The notes below the pieces were generated by a model. The model worked only from the letters and a program-made list of their open reading frames with translations, ran no database searches and was not told the DNA's origin. From Candidatus Poribacteria bacterium (GTDB taxonomy: Bacteria; Poribacteria; WGA-4E; WGA-3G), in the NCBI GenBank assembly GCA_965205015.1, contig OZ242029.1, positions 1 through 64,000 of the forward strand: 64,000 nucleotides of DNA, read 5' to 3'. The translations under genes were made by a program, and so were the position numbers. The first letter of the stretch is position 1. Every line of letters begins with the position of its first letter. Positions 31,740-43,412 of this stretch are shown piece by piece.

Positions 31740-32933
31740 TTAGAGATTGATACCCAATTCACTCGCAATAGTGTAGACATCTTTGTCACCACGACCCGAA
31801 AGGCAAACAGCGATGATCTTGTCTTTACCGAGTTTAGGTGCCAACTCACGCAGATAGGCGATGGCATGTGCGGATTCCAATGCGGGAATAATGCCCTCTG
31901 TCTCCGATAACAATCGGAATCCCTCTACAGCCTCTGCATCCGTAACCGGCACGTATTCCGCTCTACCCGTTTCACGATAATAACTGTGTTCCGGCCCGAC
32001 ACCGGGATAATCTAATCCCGCAGAGATCGAGTGTGCGGGGGTTATCTGACCGTCATCTTCCTGCAACAGGTAGCACTTCGCACCGTGAAAGACACCGACG
32101 CTGCCAGCCGTGAGAGGCGCAGCATGTCGTCCGCTTCGGATGCTCTCGCCTGCGGCTTCCACACCGATAAGTCGGACGGATTCATCGGCATAGAAGGGAT
32201 AGAACATACCGAGTGAATTGCTCCCACCCCCGACACAGGCGACGACACACTCTGGGAGTGTACCTTCTTGCGCTAAAATCTGTGATCTCGCTTCGTCACC
32301 AATGACGGATTGGAAGTCTCGGACGATCATCGGATAAGGGTGCGCGCCGACAACTGAACCGAGAAGTAGATAAGTGGTTCGGACGTTTGTGACCCAATCG
32401 CGGAAGCAGGCGTTGATCGCATCCTTGAGGGTCCGCGACCCGGAGTTAACCGGCACGACCTTTGTCCCCATCAGTTGCATACGGAAAACGTTGAGTGCCT
32501 GCCGTTCTATGTCTTCCTCACCCATATATACCTCGCAGTCCATACCGAACTTCGCGGCGACAGTGGCTGTTGCGACACCGTGTTGTCCCGCCCCGGTTTC
32601 AGCGATGATGCGTTTTTTGCCCATCCAGCGTGCGAGGAGGATTTGACCGATTGCGCTGTTAATTTTGTGCGCACCTGTATGGTTGAGGTCTTCCCGTTTG
32701 AGATATATTTTCGCGCCGCCGAGCGTTTCTGTCAAATGTTCGGCATAATACAGTGGATTTGGCCTCCCCACATATTCACGGAGGTAGTACCGAAACTCCT
32801 GTTGGAAGTCGTGATTGTCTTTCAACTTTATGTATGCTTCTTCCAGTTCCAAAAGGGCGGGCATGAGCGTTTCGGGGACGTATCTGCCTCCGAATTGCCC
32901 GAAATGCCCTGTTGCGTCAGGGAGTTGTTGCAT
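31740..32933 (-). CDS. trpB: Tryptophan synthase beta chain
   Basis: [50 protein letters not shown]. Confidence 0.98.
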   Translation of the reverse strand: MQQLPDATGHFGQFGGRYVPETLMPALLELEEAYIKLKDNHDFQQEFRYYLREYVGRPNPLYYAEHLTETLGGAKIYLKREDLNHTGAHKINSAIGQILLARWMGKKRIIAETGAGQHGVATATVAAKFGMDCEVYMGEEDIERQALNVFRMQLMGTKVVPVNSGSRTLKDAINACFRDWVTNVRTTYLLLGSVVGAHPYPMIVRDFQSVIGDEARSQILAQEGTLPECVVACVGGGSNSLGMFYPFYADESVRLIGVEAAGESIRSGRHAAPLTAGSVGVFHGAKCYLLQEDDGQITPAHSISAGLDYPGVGPEHSYYRETGRAEYVPVTDAEAVEGFRLLSETEGIIPALESAHAIAYLRELAPKLGKDKIIAVCLSGRGDKDVYTIASELGINL

Positions 32934-32937
32934 TTTT

Positions 32938-33948
32938 TTATTTATTCCTTTTAAAATTTGCACGGAGATTCGACTGTTCCAGAACCGATAGGTTCACAAC
33001 GGACTCTGGCAGTTTTCCGGTTAGGACCTCCACGACACATGTGGCGGCAGCAATTTCCAAGTCAAGAATCGATTCCTCCGACATAAAAGCGGCGTGCGGT
33101 GTAGCGACAACGTTGTCGAAGGTCAGTAGTTCTTCGCCCTGTTCAGGAGGTTCGGTTTCCAATACGTCCAACCCTGCTCCGGCGATCTCAACGTTCCGAA
33201 GTGCGACAGTGAGTGCGGCGGTGTCTACGATACCCCCACGCGCCGTGTTAATCAGATAAGCCGTCGGTTTCATCGCCCGAAATTCCGCTTCGCCAAACAT
33301 GCCTTGCGTTTCCGGTGTCAGTGGCGCATGGATAGTGATAAAATCAGACGCTGCGAGGAGTTCTGAAAATGAGACCTTTTCGGCACCATATTGCTGAATC
33401 AATTCAGGATCAGTGCGTGGCGAACAGACGTTGATTGTAAACCCAAACGCCTTCGCTTTCGGCACAATTGACCGCGCAATCCGTCCGAATCCGATGACCC
33501 CGAGCGTTTTCCCTTGAATTCTGCGCATCGCTGGTCCGATGTTCTGCTCCCATGTACCCCCTTTGACTGCCCGATCAAAGCGCGAGATTTTTCTCGCACA
33601 CGCCAGCAGCAACCCCATCGCGTGGTCGGAGACCTCATCAATACAATACGCCGGGACATTGGTGACAACGATACCGTGTTCCGTAGCAACTTCCACATCG
33701 ATGTTGTCTAATCCGATACCGCAACGCCCAATAATCTGACAATTTTCAGCAGCGGCAATGACGGGCGCACGTACCGGTTTCCAGCAGGTAAGGATGCCGT
33801 CCATAGTTGGCGCAAGCGTTAGGAGTTCTGCTTCATCGCCAGTCTCTGCAGCGATGAGTTCTGCCCCGATTTCAGCGAGCACCCGTCGTTCGGGTTCTAT
33901 AGAGGGCCAGGCGTAATCGGTGATGAGGACTTTCCAGTTGTTTTGCAT
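32938..33948 (-). CDS. D-2-hydroxyacid dehydrogenase (CtBP-like)
   Basis: [34 protein letters not shown]. Confidence 0.92.
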   Translation of the reverse strand: MQNNWKVLITDYAWPSIEPERRVLAEIGAELIAAETGDEAELLTLAPTMDGILTCWKPVRAPVIAAAENCQIIGRCGIGLDNIDVEVATEHGIVVTNVPAYCIDEVSDHAMGLLLACARKISRFDRAVKGGTWEQNIGPAMRRIQGKTLGVIGFGRIARSIVPKAKAFGFTINVCSPRTDPELIQQYGAEKVSFSELLAASDFITIHAPLTPETQGMFGEAEFRAMKPTAYLINTARGGIVDTAALTVALRNVEIAGAGLDVLETEPPEQGEELLTFDNVVATPHAAFMSEESILDLEIAAATCVVEVLTGKLPESVVNLSVLEQSNLRANFKRNK

Positions 33949-33978
33949 ATTTTCCTTTCAGATACGCCAGCGCACTGA

Positions 33979-34521
33979 CTATGGTGATTCGGACTGTGAC
34001 CTATCCCGCCCTCTGAAAGCTTCATTCTCTGACCTTAACTGCTTGAGTTCTCCCAAAACTTCGCTATGGACTGCGTAAAGTTCTTCAACCGAGGTCTGCA
34101 GGCGTTCTTGCCCGCGTTGTCTAAACGCTATGATCAGTTGTGGAATACCAAGCGCAGCTATAACTAACGCAAACAGCCATCCTAACACCGTAAAAGCAAA
34201 GTTGATCCGCTTGTCTACTTCGTCAATACGGTTGTTAATCTGTGCAAACTGTGAATTGATTTGAGCAAATTGTGAGTTAACTTCTGATATTTTTGCATCC
34301 GCGTACATCTTCATCCGTTCTTCGGAGGCTTGTATTGCAGCAGTCATTTCGGCTCGAAGCCGTTGTTCCGATTCAGCGATTTCCGTACGTAGCCGTTGTT
34401 CCGAACTGACTACCTCGACTTTAACGATTTCTCGGATGCGCTGCAGATCTGAGTCGCTGAGTTCTGAGAAAGCGGGTGTAACGAAAAATAGCAACATTCC
34501 TAAGCAGATTACGTTTCTCAT
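33979..34521 (-). CDS. Signal-peptide-bearing coiled-coil protein with a TM anchor
   Basis: Signal peptide, SEQRLRxE x2 and NSQFAQI x2 repeats, TM helix, short coiled tail. Confidence 0.7.
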   Translation of the reverse strand: MRNVICLGMLLFFVTPAFSELSDSDLQRIREIVKVEVVSSEQRLRTEIAESEQRLRAEMTAAIQASEERMKMYADAKISEVNSQFAQINSQFAQINNRIDEVDKRINFAFTVLGWLFALVIAALGIPQLIIAFRQRGQERLQTSVEELYAVHSEVLGELKQLRSENEAFRGRDRSQSESP

Positions 34522-34546
34522 AAGAGATCTTTCCTTAGACTCGTAT

Positions 34547-35929
34547 CTATAAGAAGACCTTGCCGGGGTTCATTAAGTTTAGCGGATCCAAAGCATTTTT
34601 GATAGCACGCATTAAATCGATTGCGGATCCGTGTTCCTTTTCTAATGCCTTTCGTTTGCCGATACCAACACCGTGTTCGCCGGTGCAGGTGCCTCCCATC
34701 TCCAAGGCAACATCTACAATCTGATGGCTGAGTTTTTGTGCCTCTGCCAATTCATCGGCGTTATCCGCCTCAAGCGGAAAGACGACATGGAAATTCCCGT
34801 CTCCAACGTGTCCGAGGAGCGACGGGTCCAGATCTGATTTAGCGAGAAGTGCTTTCGTTTTAGCGATGCACTCGGCGAGTTCAGATATCGGGACGCAGAC
34901 ATCAGTGACGTAGCCGACGGAACCCGGACGGCGGTTCAAAGCGGCATAGTAGCTATCGTATCGGGCTTGCCAGAGACGTTTGCGTTCATTTTCGTCCGTT
35001 GCCCACCGGAAATCGCCACTCCCGTGTGCTGCTGCGATCGTCCCCGCAATCTCCGAACTCTCTGCAACGGTGTGCGCCGAGCCGTGGAACTCAAAGAAGA
35101 GTGTCGGTGCAACTTCGTACGCCAACCCAGCGTATGTGTTGACGGCATCCATCTGGCGTTCATCTAACAGCTCAATACGAGCAATACTCACCCCTCTACC
35201 TATGAGTCCAATAACGGTGTCTACCGCTGCGGCTATGGTTGGAAAGGCACAGACAGCAGAGGCAACCGCTTCCGGTAACCGTGTTAATTTAAGCGTGACT
35301 TCAGTAATAATCCCCAATGTGCCTTCAGAACCGATGAAAAGACGTGTGAGATCGTAACCTGCGGCAGACTTTCGAGCCCTGCTCCCCGTCTGGACGATGG
35401 ATCCATCCGCAGTAACAACAGTCAAACCGAGGACGTTATCGAGCATTGTGCCATATCGGACAGCACTTGTCCCAGAGGCACGCGTCGCTGCCATCCCGCC
35501 CAATGAGGCATCCGCACCCGGATCAACGGAGAAATGGAGTTGTGTCTCGATCTCTGCGAGATGTGTGTTCAATTGCAACCGTGTTACACCCGCTTGGACA
35601 GTCGCATCCCTATCGTCTTGACTGACGCGAAGGATACGGTTCATTTCGTTCAGAGCAATACAGAGCGCGCCTTCAGTTGTGACAACAGCCCCTTCAACAC
35701 CCGTACCGGTCCCGTAAGGGACAATCGGCATTTTATATTTCGCACAGATTTTAACAATTTCGGCGACTTCAGCGTTAGTTTTCGGGAAGGCGACGGCATC
35801 CGGGAGCGTGCCTCGGTGATAGGAGGCATCGCGTGCGTGCGCATCCCGGACGGCACTATCCCTACTGAAGCGTGCTCCGAGCAGATTCTGGAGTTCCTTA
35901 TGAGAATGCTTTAAGTCGTGTTGATTCAT
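34547..35929 (-). CDS. FAD-linked oxidase (D-lactate dehydrogenase/GlcD family)
   Basis: DPGADASLGG, GYDLTRLFIGSEGTLG, GHVGDGNFH, GEHGVG, NPGK. Confidence 0.93.
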   Translation of the reverse strand: MNQHDLKHSHKELQNLLGARFSRDSAVRDAHARDASYHRGTLPDAVAFPKTNAEVAEIVKICAKYKMPIVPYGTGTGVEGAVVTTEGALCIALNEMNRILRVSQDDRDATVQAGVTRLQLNTHLAEIETQLHFSVDPGADASLGGMAATRASGTSAVRYGTMLDNVLGLTVVTADGSIVQTGSRARKSAAGYDLTRLFIGSEGTLGIITEVTLKLTRLPEAVASAVCAFPTIAAAVDTVIGLIGRGVSIARIELLDERQMDAVNTYAGLAYEVAPTLFFEFHGSAHTVAESSEIAGTIAAAHGSGDFRWATDENERKRLWQARYDSYYAALNRRPGSVGYVTDVCVPISELAECIAKTKALLAKSDLDPSLLGHVGDGNFHVVFPLEADNADELAEAQKLSHQIVDVALEMGGTCTGEHGVGIGKRKALEKEHGSAIDLMRAIKNALDPLNLMNPGKVFL

Positions 35930-36125
35930 GCTATCTGCATTTTAGCACAATTTGAGGATGATGGCAAGCGGAAAGTATTGGAAACAGGCGTTTTGCTAAT
36001 AAAAAACCTTCACAGATCAGACGATCCGATCTTTAAAATAAAACTACACTGGAACAATGCAGTTGGGGCACGAAGCCATTCTCCTTGTAGAGAAACCAGG
36101 CGAGATATCGTCTTCCATACTCGGG

Positions 36126-39100
36126 TTACGGCAAGGTGTCCCCATCCGGTTCTTGGAAGATTGGAGAGAGATAAGCAGGATCAGCGGGGTCGCGGAAAAG
36201 GATATGCCATTCTTCTGCAAATTCCTGTCTCTCAATACCTTCTCTGCGGCGGAGCGCTTGAAAATCAGTTTTTGAGATAATAAAGGAATCCATCTGTACA
36301 TGTTCACCACGGAAGCGTTCATAAGAGAGAGTCCGTAGTCTTTTGAAAAGAGTGATTTTCTCATTATGCTCGTTGATGGCATCATGCCCCATGCCGTGCG
36401 GTTCAATGAAAACGATACGCTGTCTCGCGCCTTCGGTTATCCACAGGATAAAGTCGGGATAAAATCCTTCATTCTGATAGAAGCCAATACCTTTGCCGCG
36501 ACTCTGGTTGCGTAAGAGGAAAACCTCCCTTTTCGCGAGAAGTTCCTCGTGTTGCTGACGGACGTAACTTCGCAGATCCTCTACAAAGAGTTTCTCACTT
36601 TCTTCTAAGGCAGGCGGTGTCGTTCGCCACGAATCATTGGCATTAGTAATCGCGAGGAGCGGTTGATAGAGATGCCGATCATTATAGGCGTTGGGTAGAT
36701 CGGTTACATTAGGTCCGTATATTTCACCACTCTCTATTAGATTTTGGATTTGGGGCTCAAGTTCATATGCTTCGTCTCGGGGTATATAGATACTCCAATT
36801 TGTGAAGTTATCATCGTCTTCCTTTAAGGTGTCCAATCTTACCCTGTTGCCACTCCACTGTTTCTGAATAATACGGTAGAATTTCGCGATATACTTGCGG
36901 AGCAGTGTAATTACTAATTCTTCTAAGCGAGTGACCTCTTCCAGCGATGTTGGCTTGACTTCTGATTCCGCCATGACGGTAAGGCCGTACAGCTCTTGGT
37001 CTGGATCCATGATTGTTTGAAGACTTTGGATATCAAAGATGAGATTGTGAAACCGCTTCGCCTGCTTGTATTCAAGTAACTCTAAATATACCTTTTGCCA
37101 ATCTAATAGTTCCAAGATTTCTTTTCCAATCCTGCGCGCCAAGGTTGCTGTTGACTGACTTCCATGGATGCCTTGTTGTGAACTACTCCCGATAACCTCA
37201 ACGATTTGTGTCGTGTGGGTGATATAGGCGGCAATATTAACAGTGAGTGGGACACACTGTCCTTTAGCAGCCTCATCGTAAGGATCAACTTCTGGAACAA
37301 AAAGGCGACGCTCGAGGAAACTTTCATTAGAGATAATAGGAATCTCCATCTGGATAGGTTCATCGAGTTCTATACCTTCGCGCATGAGATAATCTCGGAA
37401 TTGTGCCATAAAGTTGGCACGAACAGCAAAGATATTCAAAGTTTCTAAGAGAGATATATTGGATGGATGCTCGCCATCAAGGGCAGCACTGCGTTTGAGG
37501 CTCATATCTTTTCCACGAAGGCGGACCCCCCTACCAAACAATTGGATAATCTGGGAACCTTCCTGTCTACCGATATTGAGGAGTCCCATCGCAGTGACGC
37601 GCCAGCTGTCCCAGCCTTCAATGAACTTTTTTGCTCCAATGAGAATATTGATTGAACTATCGGGTTTGTTGATGTCATTGAAAAGGCTTTCCGTGAGGAC
37701 ATCTTCGGAATCCATTTCAATGCCTACGTCATCACTACGAACGAGTTTTTTGAAAGCAGCAGTATCCCCAATGTAGATGAGCCCAAATCCCTCCCTCCCT
37801 TGTGTCGTTCTCAATGCGATTTCACCTTGCGCGTTTCGGATGTCTTGCAGGTGCAATGCCCCGCTTGTGTCAGTATGAAATACCTCGTTAAGAATGTCAG
37901 TGTAAATTTGCTCTGGTGTTTCGTCAAATCCATTGAGATAGCCGAGTCGGTTTTGAAAGACATCATCGCCGTTGTCATCAGATAAACCAGAATTGCTGCT
38001 AAGTATCTTTTCAATAGCATCAATTGCACAATTTCCTTCATTCTTCAGAAATTTGTGCAGAAAACGAATGACATTAAGAACATCAGAACGGGCGCGGCGG
38101 TTTTCGGTATAGACAGCGTTAACCTTACTACCGACGAATGCCCATAAGGGTGAGTCTAACCCGTAGGTACGCACTGCTTCTGTGTGCTGTTTGAAATAGC
38201 GTCGTTGTTCGTAGAAACTAAGGAGATTTCCCAAAAGCAGTATTTCGGTTTGGGTCTCTTCATCATACTTGACATTGAGGATGCGGAAATTCTTTCCGTA
38301 TCCGTCGTCGTAGAAATATCGGTATGAGTAGTCAAAGACAATGGCCTTGCCGTATTCCTCAACGAGGTCCGCATTTTTGGCAGCGGCGAGTGCTTGTCCA
38401 AAGGTCGCACTATATTCAAAGGTAAAGCCGGTTTCACCGAGTTTCTCACGAATTTTGCGCCAGACTTCGCCGCCACTGCCTTTGTGCCCTTCATCCACAA
38501 AAATAAGGTTATTCCCCTCAAATGCTTCAACTTCAACACTTTCGCCTTCACCTATCTTTTCCTCAACCAACTTTGTAATCTCAATGACTTGGACGGCATT
38601 TTTCGCATGTCGAGCCTTGTTTCCTTCTCTACTAAACCGTTCACTCCGGATGTCAGAGTATGCCATTTCCCGCATGTGTTGTTCGCTTAAGCCTTCATTG
38701 GGTGTGATAAGAACAACGTGGTCCAATTCCTTTTTGCTGTAGTGAAGAAACTGATGGTAATTGATGTGCATGATGAGGGTTTTACCGGCACCTGTTGCCA
38801 TCCAGAACGCGAGTTTTTCGAGGTCCGCGTCTATGAAGTGTGTATCCATGGGATCGCTGGGGGCTCTCACATCATTACGTCTTTGGACAAAAACGTTGAG
38901 TTGGCGCAGAAGTTCCGCGGGTCTATTGAATTTCCAGTCCAAGAAAATTTCGGTGTAGAGGAGTGCAAGGTATTGAAAATAGCGAAGAACAATTGGCTGT
39001 GAGCGCGTGTCGTTTATGACGGACAGATGCCGTTTGATGTTAGAATCGTAAACTGGGAGTGCTTCCGCCATCAATGATTTTGGTTGTACACGCGAGACGA

Positions 39101-39266
39101 GAAATGTGCAGATTGGGGAATGTCCATCTGGATTGAATCCCTCGTCCACATTTTTCAAGTCGTTGAGGAGGTCGCGCGTGGTTTTATACCCAAAGAGGTC
39201 ATTGAACCACGCGTGGAGGATGAGATGATTGTCGAGTTTTTTGATATGTGTTTTGTTCCCAGGCAT
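36126..39266 (-). CDS. res: Type III restriction enzyme Res subunit (SF2 helicase plus PD-(D/E)xK nuclease)
   Basis: MATGAGKT, VDEGH, YSATF, EGWD, QLFGRGVR, FYPDFILW...IEP. Confidence 0.9.
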   Translation of the reverse strand: MPGNKTHIKKLDNHLILHAWFNDLFGYKTTRDLLNDLKNVDEGFNPDGHSPICTFLVSRVQPKSLMAEALPVYDSNIKRHLSVINDTRSQPIVLRYFQYLALLYTEIFLDWKFNRPAELLRQLNVFVQRRNDVRAPSDPMDTHFIDADLEKLAFWMATGAGKTLIMHINYHQFLHYSKKELDHVVLITPNEGLSEQHMREMAYSDIRSERFSREGNKARHAKNAVQVIEITKLVEEKIGEGESVEVEAFEGNNLIFVDEGHKGSGGEVWRKIREKLGETGFTFEYSATFGQALAAAKNADLVEEYGKAIVFDYSYRYFYDDGYGKNFRILNVKYDEETQTEILLLGNLLSFYEQRRYFKQHTEAVRTYGLDSPLWAFVGSKVNAVYTENRRARSDVLNVIRFLHKFLKNEGNCAIDAIEKILSSNSGLSDDNGDDVFQNRLGYLNGFDETPEQIYTDILNEVFHTDTSGALHLQDIRNAQGEIALRTTQGREGFGLIYIGDTAAFKKLVRSDDVGIEMDSEDVLTESLFNDINKPDSSINILIGAKKFIEGWDSWRVTAMGLLNIGRQEGSQIIQLFGRGVRLRGKDMSLKRSAALDGEHPSNISLLETLNIFAVRANFMAQFRDYLMREGIELDEPIQMEIPIISNESFLERRLFVPEVDPYDEAAKGQCVPLTVNIAAYITHTTQIVEVIGSSSQQGIHGSQSTATLARRIGKEILELLDWQKVYLELLEYKQAKRFHNLIFDIQSLQTIMDPDQELYGLTVMAESEVKPTSLEEVTRLEELVITLLRKYIAKFYRIIQKQWSGNRVRLDTLKEDDDNFTNWSIYIPRDEAYELEPQIQNLIESGEIYGPNVTDLPNAYNDRHLYQPLLAITNANDSWRTTPPALEESEKLFVEDLRSYVRQQHEELLAKREVFLLRNQSRGKGIGFYQNEGFYPDFILWITEGARQRIVFIEPHGMGHDAINEHNEKITLFKRLRTLSYERFRGEHVQMDSFIISKTDFQALRRREGIERQEFAEEWHILFRDPADPAYLSPIFQEPDGDTLP

Positions 39267-39279
39267 ATCCTTTGTGCCT

Positions 39280-39638
39280 TTACTGTCTGGAAGATGCGGC
39301 TTTGCTGACTACCTCAACGATTTGCGGGGCGGCATTGCGAAAAACTTCAGGGGCAATTTCTCGGAACGTCTTTTCGAGCTCTTCATCCTTGAATACGTTC
39401 TCGAAACTGCTGTCGCTGAACGCCCCTTATCCAGATCTATCGGAACAGCCTTTTTTTGTTCAATCCCGTTAAAGGCATAAAGGACCCGCGCGAATGGAAT
39501 CCGTCCGTACGCTTTTCCGTAAGGTATTTCTACTCTCAGGAACTCTATTAATTCGCTACCAGATACAAGTTCCTTGAGAGAAACAGTCTGGATTTGGTAA
39601 GGTGCCATCTTAATAGGTTGTGTTTGATATTTGGACAT
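39280..39638 (-). pseudogene. Small unknown gene between mod and res, apparently frameshifted at a G4 run
   Basis: GGAG RBS; adding one G at 39423..39426 gives a 119-aa frame ending 13 nt before the res ATG. Confidence 0.6.
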
Positions 39639-39703
39639 AACGGTTTCTCCTAAATATTAACTCGATAAATCAATCGCCATCTCAAAAGTGTAACATTTTT
39701 ATC

Positions 39704-42700
39704 TCATACAAACATCAATCGTTTGAAAAGCGGATCTAAGGATTCTGCCCCTGGAACGATGCTGTCTGTGTTGACATATACCTCGTTTGCACCTTCTGTG
39801 AGTTCGTGTTCTTGAATGAAACGATAATCTCGCTCCCAATCTTGTTGTTCCCATCCTGCGGTTTCACGCCATATTATGACGATCGGATTTTGCGTTACCT
39901 CGCCTTTGTAGACGAGGTAACGTCGATCATCATCATAAAGGCATTGTCGAGTTTTCACCGAAACGCCCAAGAGGTAGTTGAAAGTTTCAGGTAGATCCAC
40001 AGATTGTGTCTGAGTCTGCATATCTTTGACGATGTTGAGTTGATAGTTGAACGGATTTTGGAGCTTGGATATGTTAAGGAGGCTTGGACTTTCCTTTGTA
40101 TGACTTTCCAACATATAACTTAATTGGTGTTCGTCAAGGAACAGATTCTTATGTTCGGTTTCGCTAAGTTCGATGTTGTTGAGAGCATCTTCATAAGATT
40201 CAATGCGTTGGTATTTGATGATATGGGAAAAACGACTTTCACGGGAGACTGGTTTTGCCTCTTTCCACTTTTCGGCATAGATGGCTTTTTTGACGCGCGG
40301 TTTGAGGACAGTGTCGAAATGATGTCCCATCTCAATGAGGATATATTTACGCTTTCCACCATCTTGGCGATTGAGGTTTATGGTTGCGTGGGCGGTGGTA
40401 CCAGATCCCCCAAAGTAATCAAGCACGATTTCATTCTTACCGACGGAGGAAACGTTGAGACAATCTTCAACAAGGTGAATAGATTTAGGAAACATGAATG
40501 CCAGACTATCACCGAGTATATTTGTTAAAAAGATAGTTCCATATTGCGTTGATGAATACTCCGTTTTACCCCACCATGTTTTTGGTAGCATGCCCTCTTC
40601 GTTTAGATACCGTTTAACAGCAATTCGAATATTGCCATTGCGATCAGTTTTTGCAATAGTATCCGACAGTTTTTCTTGTAATGTTTCAACGCCATATCCC
40701 CACGTCATCTCTTCACCGTCTGATCTGATTGGTAACACTTTTGTTTCACCTTGAAACGGAGATTCCAAGAGATCCCATTGTCGTCTCTCGCTATCCCATT
40801 CCATGTGAGGAATCCGAATTCGTTTATCCTTGACAAAGAGCGGATAGAATAAACGAGGACGTGCCGTTCGGAAAGCGTTGGGACCTCCACCACTTCTAAG
40901 TCCTTTCCATACAAAGAGGCGACCCTGTTCATCAATTTCAGCATTCTCAAGTTGTTCTTTTGTTCTTTCAAGACGACCAACTTGCGCCGCTCCTGTTGAT
41001 CTAAAGAACATCGCATATTCATGGGCAGGAGCAAAGCCTGTTGGTCTTTGACGACCTGCTGGATTGGAACAAACTGCGACAATTCCGAGTTCGTTCTCCT
41101 TACCAAAGAGATTCTGGAGTAACTGCCGTAGATTAGCGGCTTCTACGTCGTCAATTGCTGCACAAAAGATGCCATTATCTGCCAACAACCCCTGGGAGAC
41201 TGAAATCCGATCTGCCATCAACGACATCCAAGATGAATCTTTGTAGTTGTTTTTGTAAAGAATTGCTGAAGCATCAGTGTTGTAAGGTGGATCAATGTAG
41301 ACCGCTTTCAAGGATTCGCGATATTTCTCCAACAGCAGGTTTAATCCTTGAAAGTTTTCACCGTGAATTAGCAAGCCACCTATCTCGTTGTCTATATCGT
41401 CAAAATGCGTCAAGAGGCGATCTATGAAATCAGAATCAAAATGACGGGTGTCCAAGACAAGGTTCGGATTTTCCTTGAGGAAGTCAACGGAGAGTGGTTC
41501 GGTGTAATCGGCACCGATAAGATCGTTGTTTATTTCGTGAATCGCAAAGAGGTGTTTCCACTCCTCAAGTTGAGCTGTGCTTTGTATGATTTCGGGATAG
41601 AATTCTTCTGGAACGCGGTCGAGTGTGAGGCAGTAGTCGGTGGAGAGAATTAACTTCTTTTTCAGCCAGAGGCACTTTTGAAATTCTTCGATATGGGAAA
41701 GGAAATCTATAATTTGGGTGGAAATGCAGTGGATGAGTTTCGCGGTTTCAAGCCAATTGTTACTATTTGTTAACAATAAGTTTACTACACCCCCCCCCCT
41801 TTTTTAACGTTTGTTAAAATTAAACTTGACAATGGGATAACCTCGTTTTTGATGTAAATATCGAGTTCGCGGCTGAGGAATCCCTTGAGGTCTTTGTGGA
41901 TGAAGAAGTCTGCGGTGTTGCGGCGGGTGTAGATACGGAGGTGTTTTTTGAGGGTGGTTATACCGTCCATTTGATGATCAAGTGCAGAAAGCGCATTATA
42001 GTGGTCAGTCAATTTTCCCATGATTTCGGGTTCAGCAGCTTCAATGATTTGGTCCTGCTGTTTTTGACCCCTGTAGATTTTCTTTTCTTCATCAGTGAGA
42101 GGACGGTATTCAAAGGGAATGCATATCTCATTGTTTTCTGGCTTATAGTTTGTCTCAGCAGATAAGGGAATAAAGAAGCGTTTCACGCCTTTGACGTTGT
42201 CCTTTTCAACATCTACATCGCGAAGGTCAAAGGTAACAGTAACACCTTGGGATTTGAATCTATAGGTGGAGAAATGTTCACCGCTCTTGACATAGTATTG
42301 GTCTCGGTTTGCCCAGTGGAGATAGACCTCTTCACCGTTGTATGGGACAGCGTAGCGTTCGGTTTGGGAATAACGTCTGCGTGGAATGAAGTCTCCGTTA
42401 TCGTAGTATCGTGAAAAAAAGGTGTAGAGATGGTTATAGACGGCATCTTCACGCTGGTCGCGATTTTGTGGGGAACCGTGTTGTTCTCTCGCTTCAAGGT
42501 ATTGCTGGATAAGCGGTCTTTCTCTGTATGCCTCATTGATGAGATTGCCATCAGCATCCAACATTTCCTCTCCGAGATTGCTACCCAACTCCCTGACTTG
42601 ATTCTCAAGTTCTGTAATATGCTCGCGTACAGATTCTGCTTCGGTGTTTGCTTCAAGTGCATTGTTAACGATAGTGGGTAATTCTTCGTCGACGAAGGCT

Positions 42701-42816
42701 TGGATTTGATTGCGTCGATAGTTGATGATGCGGTAGATACCGAAGTCAAGGTCGGCAGCATCTGCGCGGAAAAGTTGCTGGAGGAGATTTTGTAGTTTTT
42801 GTAAGGATTCTTTCAT
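39704..42816 (-). CDS. mod: Type III DNA methyltransferase Mod, split into two ORFs (41785..42816 and 39704..41776) at a G10 tract
   Basis: DLDFGIYRI and LHWANRDQYY N-terminal family motifs; YIDPPYN and LDYFGGSGTT catalytic motifs; frame break exactly at C10 41790..41799. Confidence 0.9.
41790..41799 (-). repeat. Poly-G10 homopolymer (simple sequence repeat) in mod
   Basis: C10 on the plus strand followed by T6; the longest G/C homopolymer I noticed in the window. Confidence 0.9.
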
Positions 42817-42905
42817 ACTTTTCTGATTTCGCTGTCTGAAAATGGTAGTTTTAGATTATACACTAATTTTTGTGAAATGTAAAAACCTGAATACTGCGGA
42901 TGCAT

Positions 42906-43412
42906 TCAGGTTTCATTGCGGGCGTTTATTTCCATCAGTTTTTCACGTGCCAATATTTCAAAGACCGGCATCACTCTTTCGACGAGTTCAGCGTGTCGTC
43001 CGGACAAACGATCATGTGCTGTTTGGAGTGCCTTGTGTTCTCTGGTAAGAGCATCGAGCCCAGCTCGAAGGGTCGCGTTTTCCTCTTTCAAGATTTCGTG
43101 TTCTTTCTGGAGCGCATTATACCGCCGATCCGCCGCACTTTGGAAACCGCTAAACTCCTCCTGAAGCGCATTATACCGCCGATCCGCCGCACTTTGGAAA
43201 CCGCTAAACTCCTCCTGAAGCGTATTATACTGCCGATCCGCCGCACCTTGAAAACTGCTAAACTCGCGTTGAAGGCTTTCATGTTCCACCCGAAGGGCGT
43301 TGTATCGTTCGTCCTCGCGCTTTTTGACAAACCAACCCGTAACCAAAGCAACTATGCCGAAACTAAATATCCCTATATCTATGAGACTGATGGTAGCCCA
43401 ACTGAAATCCAT
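42906..43412 (-). CDS. Membrane-anchored coiled-coil protein with 18-aa tandem repeats
   Basis: N-terminal TM; LQEEFSGFQSAADRRYNA repeats; GGAG RBS; TTGACA-17-TAAACT upstream. Confidence 0.75.
   Translation of the reverse strand: MDFSWATISLIDIGIFSFGIVALVTGWFVKKREDERYNALRVEHESLQREFSSFQGAADRQYNTLQEEFSGFQSAADRRYNALQEEFSGFQSAADRRYNALQKEHEILKEENATLRAGLDALTREHKALQTAHDRLSGRHAELVERVMPVFEILAREKLMEINARNET
43111..43272. repeat. 54-bp tandem repeat x3 (two identical copies, one diverged)
   Basis: Units 43111..43164, 43165..43218, 43219..43272. Confidence 0.9.

Noticed and set aside
43111-43272. 54-bp repeats as a CRISPR array
   Set aside because: Head-to-tail with no spacers and in frame within a CDS
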